Shown here piece after piece: positions 37,793 to 48,895 of a DNA stretch of 64,000 bases. Numbering within the stretch: the stretch's first letter is position 1; each line of letters begins with the position of its first letter. Position numbers and translations under genes: made by a program. The DNA comes from Dehalococcoidia bacterium (GTDB lineage: Bacteria > Chloroflexota > Dehalococcoidia > GIF9 > AB-539-J10): contig JAUWOR010000001.1 in the NCBI GenBank assembly GCA_030612025.1, forward strand, positions 96,001 to 160,000, given 5' to 3'. The notes under the pieces were generated by a model that saw nothing but the letters and a program-made list of their open reading frames with translations, did not search any database and had not been told where the DNA came from.

Positions 37793-38398
37793 ATGATAGG
37801 TCACAGGATAGCTTTCCATTGGTATGCAGGTCAACAGTTGGCTTCACTACTTCCATATCGTAAAAAGGGACTGATATTTGGTCAGCGGGTCTCCGAGTGG
37901 ACTGCAGTGGTACCTATGGCACAAGCAGCGTTTTTTCTTGGTTGTTCTCTGGCTTTAGTCAACAAGTCAGCTGCTGAAGAGATTCTGACAGATGCTGCCG
38001 CTTTGGACGCGATGCAGAATCGAGATCAGCCTTGGAGAATTGCGTTCAGTGAGACGATACAATACTTGGAGAGAGGTCGAAAGCAGAGCCAGTCTGTAGA
38101 CACGATGACGTTTGAGAACTTTTATCCCGAACTCACTTCTGATAAATTCAAGGACGGTCTCTTAACTCCAGAGCAATGTGCTGGTAGAGTCGGTCAATGG
38201 GTCATACCAGGGCTGATTTGCGGAGTCCTATTTCCTGAAACGGCCTCATCTATGTTAGAGATATGGGTAACTCGAGAGCGGAAATGGAAGGATCTAGGAG
38301 TCGGGGGCCTGCGAGTCGACGAGACCCCATTGTTGACCAGTGTTGAAGAGGCATGTAAACACGCGCAGTCACTTTATGAAGTGTGGCAACGTCAGTAA
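37793..38398 (+). CDS. Hypothetical protein
   Basis: AGGAGGTGA RBS and TATAAT upstream; 201 aa. Confidence 0.7.
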   Translation: MIGHRIAFHWYAGQQLASLLPYRKKGLIFGQRVSEWTAVVPMAQAAFFLGCSLALVNKSAAEEILTDAAALDAMQNRDQPWRIAFSETIQYLERGRKQSQSVDTMTFENFYPELTSDKFKDGLLTPEQCAGRVGQWVIPGLICGVLFPETASSMLEIWVTRERKWKDLGVGGLRVDETPLLTSVEEACKHAQSLYEVWQRQ

Positions 38399-38958
38399 GA
38401 AAGTCCGTCGATGAGAGGGCAAAAGCCACTAGAATACTAAGAAGACCGTCTGTTGGAATTTAACCAAGCTAATAGCACTGCTGCCAAACAATCCACATCA
38501 GGATGTCGAGGTGAACAATCAGCCATTTCGTGGAATTGGCATCCAGTGCTTGCCTGGGTTTCGCGGTCTATTGACCGAAGCTTCTCGAACTACGCCTGCG
38601 CCAGTTTAGCTCTCAACTTGAGTGTTCGGCTTTGCCCAGACCAGTTGAAAGATTGGCTTCCCATTGAGACGACAGGGAAAAGACTCTCCGTCTACCACCT
38701 CGGGCTTGACCCATCTTATTAACGCCCCACCTATAATGACGACGTCAACGGCCGCCGCTAGGGTCGCTCGAGGCCTATCCCAAGGTACACAGTCACCCCA
38801 ACCGAGCTTCACCAATTCGGACTCCATGCCGGTGACGCGAATACAGTGCCAGGGGAATGCAAATCAACCACTCCCAGCCCATTGCAGTCCAGGCACAAGA
38901 CGCTGGCCAGACACTATACGCGCGGGTTCACAAGGGAATAGGTGGAATGGGCTGCAAC

Positions 38959-39132
38959 TTAGTGCTTGGTCTTATCAGGCGTCCCGTAGGTTTGACCCTT
39001 CTTGGGACTGGGAGGGAATGGCTCCCCTTTCACTACCGTCCTCTCTTCGCCGGTCTTGCCTCCACGGGGTCCCTGTATTGGGTACTGCCCGGATTCCTCA
39101 GCTATTTCACCTGGCTTATGTTTTTCTCCCAT
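38959..39132 (-). CDS. YjzC-family small protein (57 aa; below the ORF-track cutoff)
   Basis: MGEKHKPGEIAEESGQYPIQGPRGGKTGEERTVVKGEPFPPSPKKGQTYGTPDKTKH; AAGGAGG RBS. Confidence 0.75.
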   Translation of the reverse strand: MGEKHKPGEIAEESGQYPIQGPRGGKTGEERTVVKGEPFPPSPKKGQTYGTPDKTKH

Positions 39133-40048
39133 TTCTGTTTCCTCCCTTCCTTGCGTCGATCATGACCCAATACGCTGCGTTCTGGAATGATTGTAGCACA
39201 ACCTGTGGTGCCTCTCAAAGGTCTCAGCTTGGATAGAGACCACCAAGAAGATTCCTTCACTCGAGGTGCCCACTCGTATTTCACGCTCTACAGAGCTGGT
39301 ACCGCTTAGCGCGTCCCGCGCCTCCGTCCAAACAACAAAACATCGAATTGTTGCATTCAATACATATTCTGTGGAAATAGTTGGTTAGCCTCATATTGCT
39401 AGTTCTAGAATGTCTTTGGACAGGGAGATTGCGTATATGTGCTCCTCGATCCTCGCGTCGACGTGTCCTCTGTCCCTGTGTCCCTCCGCAGCGCGATAAA
39501 CACAAAGGTACGATTTTCTTCGATAATCATAGGTGATTTCCCTTTAGTCTTATCACTAGGCTTAACCAAATAGCCTACAACGCGATGCCTCAAGTAAGCA
39601 TCCCCATTGTAACTTCTGCTTCGTGTACCTTCTATAGGCAAGACAACTAAAGACAATTGGAGGTAGTGAACTAACTAGCTACGGACCTAACCCGAAAGAG
39701 AGCCATCCCTTCCACCTTTCGCTTTTGTGTATTTTCTATCTACACCTCTGCATCGCACTTTGCTAATCGCGCTTGTTCTACGTTGCACTTCTGGGATAAT
39801 GTCGTATTGAACAACACCAACTGGAGAGCGGTATTTTCTATGGCGCTATTCAAGAGAGGAGGACTACCCTAAGTTAACAATACGTCATTTAGTGCAGTAA
39901 CCTAGGTTCTGGTTTTCCGATTCCATTTATTGTAGTAGAGTCTACTTCTTAGACAGCAAAACAATGCTCACCCAACAAGAAACATTGGGCTGCAGTGTGA
40001 ATTGTATCACGCGGGTTCAGCGTGATAATATGTTGGCAAGCTAGATGA

Positions 40049-40666
40049 ATGGACACAGCTCAACAAATAATCGGTTATGCCAGCCGGCTATTTGATGTCG
40101 TTGGTTGCAGTCGTAGGCTATCCAGCATTGATAGACTACTGATTCTTGGCCTCGAGTCAACGCCGGAATGTAACCTTGACGAATTCGGCCATCTGGGAGG
40201 TCTTCCTCAGATGTATGGTTTTAAGAAGCACGTTAGCCCCAGGCTGGAGTCAATGCTGAATTTCATTCGTGGTAAGGGGTTTTGCGCCGAAGCGGTTGGA
40301 CGATACGGCTATCCTCGCGATGGAATGCTCAACCTAAAGGAAGAAGCAATACGAGCTGGCTTGGGTAAGCGGGGCAAGAACACTCTGGTATTGCATCCTA
40401 AATATGGCCCTAGGCTTCGTTTTGCGGCAATCAGAACAGATGCACCACTAGAGCCGACTGTGGACTCGGTTCTGACGGAGGAAGGCAGCCCATTTTGTAG
40501 CGGCTGCTCGATATGTATTGATGCCTGCCTGGTCAAAGCCATTGAACCGTATCGTATGCCAGATACGTCACTTTGTCTCTCAAACATTTCTATGATGGCC
40601 GAGGAGCATGGTCGGCTCATCCTATGCGACAAATGCCTTAGCATGTGCCCGGCAGGCAAAAAGTGA
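40049..40666 (+). CDS. QueG/reductive-dehalogenase-superfamily small 2x[4Fe-4S] protein
   Basis: AIRAGLG..GKNTLVLHPKYGPRLRFAAIRTDAPL; CSGCSICIDAC; CDKCLSMCP. Confidence 0.75.
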   Translation: MDTAQQIIGYASRLFDVVGCSRRLSSIDRLLILGLESTPECNLDEFGHLGGLPQMYGFKKHVSPRLESMLNFIRGKGFCAEAVGRYGYPRDGMLNLKEEAIRAGLGKRGKNTLVLHPKYGPRLRFAAIRTDAPLEPTVDSVLTEEGSPFCSGCSICIDACLVKAIEPYRMPDTSLCLSNISMMAEEHGRLILCDKCLSMCPAGKK

Positions 40667-40841
40667 TAATCCCTCATATAAGCCAACTATCAAGTATTCG
40701 TATGCGGGATAATCTGACTTCTCAGCGTTAAACATTAAGCCCATTTGTGATGCATCAAATGTCCTTTGTTAAAACACCCCTACAATGTGAGTAGGAGATT
40801 AGCCAGTTAATTATTTTTCTACCTCTTCTAGTTCCTCTTGC

Positions 40842-41580
40842 TTATCCTGAGTCAGAATCACCAGCTACTGTTTCTACTCCTATCCCCTTCTTCAAATCCC
40901 TCTCCACTAGCTTCTTCAGCTTGTGCCCATCATAATCCTTAGCCTTTCCCGGGATAATGCTAGTCACTAGCTCAGACCCAGCATTAAGACTCACCTGATC
41001 TTTACATCCATAGTAGTACTGCGTCTCCTTGTGCCTTTTGCCATCCTTACCTGCTACTAGCCTGTTACCCTTTGCTCCCCAGCATGCATCAGCATCCCTG
41101 GGAGGTTTCCCTTCCTGTTTCCTTCTCTCACCTTTAATCAGATTAACGTTGGCTATAGGTGTGGACACTATCCACTACCTGGAGCTTGCCAAATCTAATC
41201 CCTTTCTCTTGGGCTATGATGATTATTTCATTTAACACTAGCTATCAGCCTTCAGCTATCAGTTATCAGCTAATCTGCTGACCGCTGACTGCTCCTCTAT
41301 TAAGCCAACAAAGAATTTTACCGGCATGTTTTCGTTGACCACTTCCTCTGTTTGCCTTTCTGAAATGCTAAATAAAAAGGAGATGAGAAGCATTTTGAGA
41401 ATGCTGTGGGATTATAAGGAGCCTGACCTACCTTGCCTTTCCCTTTATAGTATTTAAGGAGCTTCTTAGTGAAGCGTTGCCAATCTATAACTTCCTTTAA
41501 CTTGACCAAAAAGTGACCTCTGGGAACTACTTGTTCATAGAGAAAATTACCAAAGAAGGAATCTGTAGTGGTTTCTTTGC
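40842..41580 (-). mobile_element. Fragmented IS5/IS1182-type transposase remnant
   Basis: DSFFGNFLYEQVVPRGHFLVKLKEVIDW..GQAPYNP (DUF772-like); RDADA.WG.K..YYGCK.QVS..VAGD; frameshifts and deletions. Confidence 0.8.
41240..41293. repeat. AGCTATC heptamer tract with inverted GCTGA arm, inside the IS remnant
   Basis: agctatc-agccttc-agctatc-agttatc-agctaat..gctga-ccgctga. Confidence 0.65.
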
Positions 41581-42076
41581 AAGGTGGATTCCCTATCTTG
41601 TATAATAAATGTAATAGTTTCAGTCTAGGTTATTGCACACTTAAATCGCTTCATATTTACGTCAGTGTCGGATGACCGAAACTCTAACTATCTAAAAGAA
41701 AAGAGGGCGTCCGACGGGCTTTCAGGACGAGTGAATTAAATGTGTTATCGTTGGAACTACATTTACCTTCATCGCTTCCGAACAGGTGACCTTCACCAGT
41801 ATACGCTTTGCTAACAGCGTAAAAACGCTGCCTCGATCGCTGAAGACCAGAGACAATAAAGTCGCATTTTGCATATTGCAATAACTATCGATAGCGAAGT
41901 GGAATACGCCACTGTCCTATGGAACTTCTCGTAAATACTACGAATTGTCCCATTTGAATTTGCCAAAGTCAGAACTGGCTATTGTGGCGATAACCCTGAA
42001 GCGATGACGCTGATGCAGAACATCGGTGGTTATAGAATAGAAATAAGACTGAATAGATGAGAGGATTTTACTATAT

Positions 42077-43909
42077 ATGAATTATCGCAGTGACATAAGA
42101 AATATAGCTATTATCGCCCACGTTGACCATGGTAAGACTACTCTGGTAGACGCCATGCTTAAGCAAAGCAGGGTGTTTCGGGATAACCAGAACGTGGGCG
42201 AGTTAATAATGGACCAGGGCGTCCTGGAGCGAGAAAAAGGCATTACTATCATGGCTAAAAATACAGCCGTAGTTTACCGGGGAGTCAAAATCAATATCAT
42301 CGATACTCCAGGCCATGTCGATTTCAGCGGAGAGGTGGAGCGCGTCATAAGTATGGCTGACGGTTGCCTGCTTCTAGTGGACTCTATAGAAGGTCCCATG
42401 CCCCAGACTAAGTTTGTGCTTCGCAAAGCTCTGGAAAGGGGTCTAAAACCCATTGTGGTTATTAACAAAATCGATAGGCAAAATTCGCGGATAGCAGAGG
42501 TGCTTCGGCTTATCCAGGACCTATTCTTAGAATTAGCTACCAGTGCTGACCAGCTTGATTTCCCAGTGATATATGCCAGTGCGAGGGAAGGTATGGCCGT
42601 AACCGAGCTAAGTATGAAAAGCAAAGACATCACCCCTCTCTTCGAATGCATCTTAGAAAAAGTACCACCACCGCAAATTGAAAGCGGGCCATTTCAAATG
42701 CTGGTTTCTAACCTGGACTATGAAAGCCACAAAGGTAAAATAGCTATTGGTAGAATCTGGAGAGGCAAAGTTGCCACCCACGACCCAGTAGTTAATATGA
42801 GTGCTGATGGGAGCATAACTCGTTATGAGATTAGTGAAGTATTTACGTATCTCGGTCTCAAGCACTTGGAGGTAGCAGAAGCCGAGGCGGGTGACATAGT
42901 AGCTGTAACCGGACTCGAAAAGGTCAGCATTGGAGATACCATTGCCAACCCGGAGCGGCCTGAAGCTCTACCGCGCATAGAAGTCGGCGAGCCTACAGTA
43001 GAGATGACCTTTGGAGTAAACACCTCACCGTTCGCCGGCCGTGAGGGGCGCTTTAGCGCCACGCGCCAGCTACGGGAGCGACTCTATAAAGAATTGGAGA
43101 CTAATCTTAGTCTCAGAGTCCAAGATACAGATAGCCCAGACATTTTCCTAGTAAGAGGGAGAGGAGAACTACACTTGGCTATTCTCATTGAAACCATGCG
43201 TCGGGAGGGCTACGAATTTGAAGTCTCCAAGCCAGAAGCTATTACCAAAGTAATTGACGGCGAGCTTATGGAACCCATGGAGGTTCTTACCCTTGATACC
43301 AAAGATGAATATATTGGAGTTTTAACCGAGATGCTGAGCAAGCGGCAAGCTCAGCTTACGGATATGCGCAACGATGGCCATGATAATGTACATTTAGAAT
43401 TCCGTGTACCTACAAAAGGACTCATTGGTTTCCGTAATTCATTTATTCCTGCTACCAGGGGTGAAGGAGTCATGAATACCACTTTTCTTGACTATCAACC
43501 CTGGCGTGGAGATATTGTTTCAACTCGTAATGGAGCACTGGTAGCATCGGAACAAGGTATAGCTGTTACCTATGGTCTAAATAACGCCCAGGGGCGGGGC
43601 TTAACCTTCGTTGAACCCGGTACACCAACCTATGAAGGTATGATAGTGGGGCTGAATTCACGGCCACAGGACATAGCCATCAACGTATGCAAAGAAAAGA
43701 AGAAGACTAATGTACGCTCGTCAACGTCAGACATCGCCGTAAGGCTGACTCCTCCCGTGAAACTAAGCTTGGAGCAAGCCATTGACTTTATCAATAAGGA
43801 TGAACTGGTTGAGGTGACTCCTGAGAATATCAGATTGAGGAAGAAGTTACTCACCCAGGCACAACGGCTGAGGAGTATCTCTCTTTCCCGTCGGAGCACA
43901 AAAGCATAG
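42077..43909 (+). CDS. typA: Translational GTPase TypA/BipA
   Basis: RNIAIIAHVDHGKTT, DTPGH, NKID, GRGELHL..LIETMRREG, ELVEVTP..IRLRK. Confidence 0.97.
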   Translation: MNYRSDIRNIAIIAHVDHGKTTLVDAMLKQSRVFRDNQNVGELIMDQGVLEREKGITIMAKNTAVVYRGVKINIIDTPGHVDFSGEVERVISMADGCLLLVDSIEGPMPQTKFVLRKALERGLKPIVVINKIDRQNSRIAEVLRLIQDLFLELATSADQLDFPVIYASAREGMAVTELSMKSKDITPLFECILEKVPPPQIESGPFQMLVSNLDYESHKGKIAIGRIWRGKVATHDPVVNMSADGSITRYEISEVFTYLGLKHLEVAEAEAGDIVAVTGLEKVSIGDTIANPERPEALPRIEVGEPTVEMTFGVNTSPFAGREGRFSATRQLRERLYKELETNLSLRVQDTDSPDIFLVRGRGELHLAILIETMRREGYEFEVSKPEAITKVIDGELMEPMEVLTLDTKDEYIGVLTEMLSKRQAQLTDMRNDGHDNVHLEFRVPTKGLIGFRNSFIPATRGEGVMNTTFLDYQPWRGDIVSTRNGALVASEQGIAVTYGLNNAQGRGLTFVEPGTPTYEGMIVGLNSRPQDIAINVCKEKKKTNVRSSTSDIAVRLTPPVKLSLEQAIDFINKDELVEVTPENIRLRKKLLTQAQRLRSISLSRRSTKA

Positions 43910-44115
43910 ACTATGGCCTACCATTAACGTACTTCAACGCTCGAATTGATACCCTAGTTCCCACGATATCCAATACGTCATCCCTGAAAACGCTGACTTT
44001 GTCAAGAGTTAATAAGTTAGGGTTCTACTAAGTTGTGATTGAGCTTGACAAAGAAGACGTTAACTGCTCAAAGTATATCTATTGCCAGTTTGTGCTAATA
44101 TCCAATGAAAGAAGA

Positions 44116-44852
44116 ATGGCAGATATTATCGAGGGTAGAAATCCTGTAATTGAGGCACTGAAGACTGGCCGTCCCATAAATAAAGTATTGCTCGCCCGCA
44201 ATATTAGGCTTCATTCGGCAGTTGCCGAAATATTGAACCTTTCCAAATCTAGAAGGATCCCCGTTGAATACGTGGAAAGACGGTATATTGACAAGTTAAG
44301 CGCAACTTCCTCTCACCAAGGGGTTATTGCTTATGCCTCAATCAAGGAATATGCCGCCTTGGAAGATTTACTCACCATCTCTAGCGAAAAAACGAATCGC
44401 CCTTTTATTGTATCCTGGATGGTATTGAAGACCCGCAGAATCTAGGAGCAATTATAAGAACTGCCGAAGCGAGCGGTACTCATGGTGTGATTATCCGCTC
44501 AAGAAGAGTTGTGGGACTCACCGCAACGGTGGCTAAGGCATCGGCTGGCGCTGTGGAGTATGTGCCGGTGGCACGGGTATCCAACATCTCCCAAGCCATG
44601 GTGGCATTGAAAAGAAGCGGTGTCTGGGTTGTTGGCATAGACCAGACTGGCGAAATCCTATACACCCAGGTGGATTTCAAATTGTCGACAGCGATTGTAA
44701 TAGGTAGCGAGGGCAAGGGACTGTCAGATTTGGTCAAGCAAAGGTGCGATTCTCTGGCGTCTATGCCGATGCTAGGGAGAATTACCTCACTTAATGTCTC
44801 TGTCGCAGCAGCGTTAGTGATGTACGAAGCTTTCAAACAAAGAAGCTGCTAG
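44116..44852 (+). pseudogene. rlmB: 23S rRNA Gm2251 methyltransferase RlmB with a frameshift at an A6 run (44387-44392)
   Basis: IEGRNPVIEAL..HQGVIA in one frame; ILDGIEDPQNLGAIIRTA..GSEGKG..SLNVSVA in another. Confidence 0.88.
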
Positions 44853-45644
44853 TTTTTTATTCCTCCGTCCACACCTATTAGCATTGGCAGACAACAAAAA
44901 GCCAGACCGTTCAATTGAAAGTCCACTTATAAAAAGCACACCAAATCCGGTACCGTCCCAAATCTATTGATGTGTTTGAAGGAGTGAACATGGAAGAATC
45001 AATAGCAGAAGGATTAGTTGTATCAGAAGGTTTCTTTTACCTTGTACTTTTACTTCTTAGCTGAGGAGTTGCGTGGTCTGTATGTTTATTGAAACATATA
45101 GATAATAGACTTAAACAACTAAGCAGTAAGCTAGACATCGAAATACAACAAGATGTTAAAAAAGCTACGTAAATATTGAGCGTAGAACATTATAAATGCT
45201 ATCAGACAATTGCGTTATAGATAACAATATGGCCTTTATCTTGTCCATTAGAGGAGGGTAGTATATCCTAATAACAATTAATACAATCAATATACCAAGC
45301 CCAATGATAAGTGCAATTATCCACTTAAACATTGTAAGATAATTCTATAGTGTAGTATTTGCTGAATCAAGAGCAATGGAACGGAACCTAACTTTCACAC
45401 TTATTGACGTAGAACCTTATCGTCTGAAGTACGTTTTTCAAGGCAGTACGCATTTATCCTGACTCATACTATCGTCTGGATAAGTGCGACACGTTTGACG
45501 GAAAGATGATGTAGCCCTTAGATTTAAGATGTGGGATTGATAAGCCAAAAGAGCAGAGAAAGACGGCTTTAAAGAGGCCGCAGGTAACCCATCCCAAAAC
45601 AGTTCTCAGCTTCTATCTTCCCAGTGTGCTCCTGTTTTGTTCAT

Positions 45645-45718
<74 letters not shown>

Positions 45719-45977
45719 AAGAACAGTCAGTTATTATACCAGATTATTGTGCAGCGAGGTAACTTTCAATATAGGGCAGATTATGCTGGAAAGGGCAAGC
45801 CTGCTATGAGGAAATCTGGCTATATCTGGCAGTCCTCATTTGATTTGATTATAGTATAATAGGGCTTTAATCTTAATCAGCAATAACCGCTTCTCAGGAC
45901 AACTTATTCCCTGTGATGTTGGTAGGAATTCTATTTAACAAGAAGGAACTATAATCGGATAGTTAGGAGATGCCTAG

Positions 45978-46658
45978 ATGTTAAACATAACTTTCCCGGT
46001 AGCTTTTGCTGCGGGAATACTTTCCTTTCTATCACCTTGTGTGCTGCCACTGGTTCCAGTGTACCTGGCCAACATAGCCGGTATGTCGGTTCTCAGTTCT
46101 GACCCTCCAGGTCGGAGGCATATTATGCTTCATACCATTAGCTTTGTAGGTGGTTTTTCCTTAGTTTTCACTGCCATGGGAGCCTCATTGGGCTTATTGG
46201 GAGCCATGGCACCTTTTGGACTATTGCGTAATATAGCTGGCGTGTTATTAATCTTACTCGGAGTATTTTTATTAGCTGCTACTAAGTTGCCCTGGCTCAA
46301 TTATGAAAAACGCCTTAATCTCACCCAAGCCAAGGGCTCAGGGTATTTGAGGTCTCTGTCAATAGGAGCAATATTCTCCCTTGGCTGGACTCCCTGTGTC
46401 GGACCAGTATTAGGAGGCATACTAGCTCTAGCCTGGGGCTCACAAACAGTATGGCACGGAATTTACCTTTTGCTTGCTTATTGCTTAGGCTTCGGATTGC
46501 CTTTCATTGGTGTAAGTCTAACCTTAGGGGCAGCCTCACGCTACCTCCGTTGGCTTAACCGCCATGCCTTCATTACCGCTGCAGTAAGTGCAGCTTTATT
46601 AATCACCGTGGGAATTTTAATGTTGACCGGTCACTTAGCCTACATCAGCAGTCTATGA
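45978..46658 (+). CDS. ccdA: Cytochrome c biogenesis protein CcdA (DsbD TM domain)
   Basis: SFLSPCVLPLVP.YL, GWTPCVGP. Confidence 0.93.
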   Translation: MLNITFPVAFAAGILSFLSPCVLPLVPVYLANIAGMSVLSSDPPGRRHIMLHTISFVGGFSLVFTAMGASLGLLGAMAPFGLLRNIAGVLLILLGVFLLAATKLPWLNYEKRLNLTQAKGSGYLRSLSIGAIFSLGWTPCVGPVLGGILALAWGSQTVWHGIYLLLAYCLGFGLPFIGVSLTLGAASRYLRWLNRHAFITAAVSAALLITVGILMLTGHLAYISSL

Positions 46659-46674
46659 ACAGAGGTTGAATAAT

Positions 46675-47214
46675 ATGACTAGGAAGCGATTGAAAAGTTG
46701 CTTATTGAGGGCAAGCTTATTCTTTATTGTATTTGCCTTGACCTGTGGTGCTCTAAGTTGCAGCTCGCCTACCCCACCAGACCTGATAGAAGTGGACATC
46801 GTGGCACCAGACTTTACACTACCCACTATGACAGGCACGGAAATAACCTTATCAGAGTTACAGGGAACGCCAGTAGTGCTCAACTTCTGGGCTATCAGTT
46901 GTCCTGCCTGCAGAGCGGGATTGCCCTATTTTGATGTAGTAGCTAAAGAGTATGCTGACAAGGTAACAATCGTGGCTGTTAATATAGGGGAGAGCGTTTC
47001 ACAGGTGAAAGGATTTTTCGGCGACAGTAAAGTAAGCTTCACCGTTGCTCTAGATAAGAATGCTCAGATGACCTCAAGTTATGCTACAGGGTATATCCCC
47101 ACCACTTTTTTCATAGATAGCCAGGGCATCATTCGGTATATAAAAGTGGGGGCATTTGCTGACGAGAAGCAACTACAGGCTAGCATAGATAAACTATTAA
47201 ACAAAGGAGGATAA
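46675..47214 (+). CDS. TlpA/ResA-family thiol:disulfide oxidoreductase, probable lipoprotein
   Basis: Hydrophobic leader with LSC; APDFTL, LNFWAISCPACR, IPTTFFID. Confidence 0.9.
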   Translation: MTRKRLKSCLLRASLFFIVFALTCGALSCSSPTPPDLIEVDIVAPDFTLPTMTGTEITLSELQGTPVVLNFWAISCPACRAGLPYFDVVAKEYADKVTIVAVNIGESVSQVKGFFGDSKVSFTVALDKNAQMTSSYATGYIPTTFFIDSQGIIRYIKVGAFADEKQLQASIDKLLNKGG

Positions 47215-47217
47215 TCC

Positions 47218-47256
47218 ATGACCGCTAAAGTCGTAACCGATAGCACTTTTGACTAG
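47218..47256 (+). pseudogene. Thioredoxin N-terminal stub (12 codons)
   Basis: AAAGGAGG RBS, then MTAKVVTDSTFD*; the stop overlaps the fabF stop in CTAG. Confidence 0.55.
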
Positions 47257-48494
47257 CCGCTGAATTTTCTGAAGACTAGGGCAGCGTTAGCCCCACCAAA
47301 GCCGAAGGAATTGGAAAGAACAATGTTCACTTCGGCTTTTCTAGCTACATTAGGGACACAGTCTAAGTCGCATTCAGGGTCTGGGGTATCATAATTTATA
47401 GTAGGAGGGATTATGCCATCCCTGATAGTCAGGACGGTGAAAATAGCTTCCACGGCGCCGGCTCCGGCCAATAAATGACCAATCATAGATTTATTGGAGC
47501 TTACAGCCACTTTCCCAGCATGCTTCCCTAAAGCAATCTTTATAGCCTTAGTCTCAGATGTATCATTGAGGGGAGTAGATGTGCCATGAGCATTGATATA
47601 ATCGATATCACCAGCCGAGATAGCAGCCTCACTCAAAGCTAACTTGATACACTTTGCTTGATTTTCTGGATCGGGCTCCGTTATGTGAAAGCCATCAATG
47701 TTAGAACCAAAGCCTACAAGCTCAGCATAAATCTTAGCTCCTTTTTTCATAGCTGAGCCAAGCTCCTCCAGGATAACAATCCCAGCACCTTCTCCAAGCA
47801 CAAAGCCATCGCGGTTTTTATCAAAGGGACGCGATGCTTTTTCTGGCTCATCATTCCGGCGAGATATGGCTCCCATCCTACCCAGTCCAGCGACACCTAC
47901 AGGAAGAATATAGGCATCGCTCCCTCCAGCAATCACGGCATCTGCCTCGCCATATTGAATAAGTCTGAAAGCATCACCGATAGCATGACTGCCACTGGCG
48001 CAGGCGGTAACTACACACTGGCTCGGTCCCTTAGCACCAGAAACGATGGAGATCTCCCCTACTGCCATGTTGGGTATGAAGCCGGGGATAAAGAAGGGAG
48101 AAACCTTATCTGGCCCCTCCTCTCGAAGAGTAAAAAGATTCTTTTCATAAGTACTCATGCCACCAACACATGTGCCCACCACTATCCCCACTCTATCAGC
48201 ATTGCTATCGTTGATAATCAATCCAGAGTCATCCAGCGCCATGCGAGTAGCCACCAGGGCATAGTGAATAAAGGGGTCAGTTCTTCTTATCCTCTTCCTA
48301 TCCAGAAAGTCCTCGGGATGGAAATCTTTTATCTCAGCAGCAATTTGCGTCCTAAAACCGGTGGGGTCAAACTTAGTAATTCTTGCTATCCCTGATTTGC
48401 CCTGGCATAAAGCCTGCCATGACTGCTCAGCACCGGTTGCCAGAGGAGTAACGGCGCCAATGCCGGTAACAACTACTCTCCTCTTATGGTTCAT
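47253..48494 (-). CDS. fabF: Beta-ketoacyl-ACP synthase II
   Basis: RRVVVTGIG, TACASG, NAHGTST, KSMIGH, SNSFGFGG. Confidence 0.95.
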   Translation of the reverse strand: MNHKRRVVVTGIGAVTPLATGAEQSWQALCQGKSGIARITKFDPTGFRTQIAAEIKDFHPEDFLDRKRIRRTDPFIHYALVATRMALDDSGLIINDSNADRVGIVVGTCVGGMSTYEKNLFTLREEGPDKVSPFFIPGFIPNMAVGEISIVSGAKGPSQCVVTACASGSHAIGDAFRLIQYGEADAVIAGGSDAYILPVGVAGLGRMGAISRRNDEPEKASRPFDKNRDGFVLGEGAGIVILEELGSAMKKGAKIYAELVGFGSNIDGFHITEPDPENQAKCIKLALSEAAISAGDIDYINAHGTSTPLNDTSETKAIKIALGKHAGKVAVSSNKSMIGHLLAGAGAVEAIFTVLTIRDGIIPPTINYDTPDPECDLDCVPNVARKAEVNIVLSNSFGFGGANAALVFRKFSG

Positions 48495-48496
48495 TG

Positions 48497-48736
48497 TTAA
48501 CTTTTTAACTCGATGTAATTAAGTGCATCCTGGACGGTTTGTATTTTCTCCGCATCCTCGTCTGGGATTTCAATCCCGAAGGTATCTTCTGCTGCGGTAA
48601 TAAACTCTATCAGATCTAAGCTATCAGCACCAAGATCATCAATAAATGAGGCTTCGGGAACTACTTTTGTTTCCTCAACTTCCAATAGCTCTACTATTAA
48701 CTTTTTTAACCTTTCAAGGATATTTCCATCACTCAT
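48497..48736 (-). CDS. acpP: Acyl carrier protein
   Basis: DDLGADSLD phosphopantetheine motif. Confidence 0.95.
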   Translation of the reverse strand: MSDGNILERLKKLIVELLEVEETKVVPEASFIDDLGADSLDLIEFITAAEDTFGIEIPDEDAEKIQTVQDALNYIELKS

Positions 48737-48758
48737 TTTTTACCTCACTTCTGGGCTG

Positions 48759-48895
48759 AGGCTGTTTAATTTTGCCTCATCCGGATTCTCGTAGTGCGAC
48801 CCTTTAGGGTCGTGCACGAGGCTAAAGTAGTTGCCTGATTTATCAGGCTCTTATTGCCCAATAAATTGGGCAACTACTACATTTTTAAACACCCT
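48759..48895 (-). mobile_element. MITE copy with a second REP nested in the first
   Basis: Same termini as 19710/29551; GTAGTTGCC...GGCAACTAC hairpin replaces part of the REP doublet. Confidence 0.8.

Noticed and set aside
38453-39656. Several overlapping 60-190 aa ORFs
   Set aside because: They have no motifs and are mutually overlapping; the 57-aa YjzC-like gene best explains part of the region, and the rest is unresolved.
40049-40666. Respiratory reductive dehalogenase
   Set aside because: Too short, with no Tat signal and no rdhB anchor gene.
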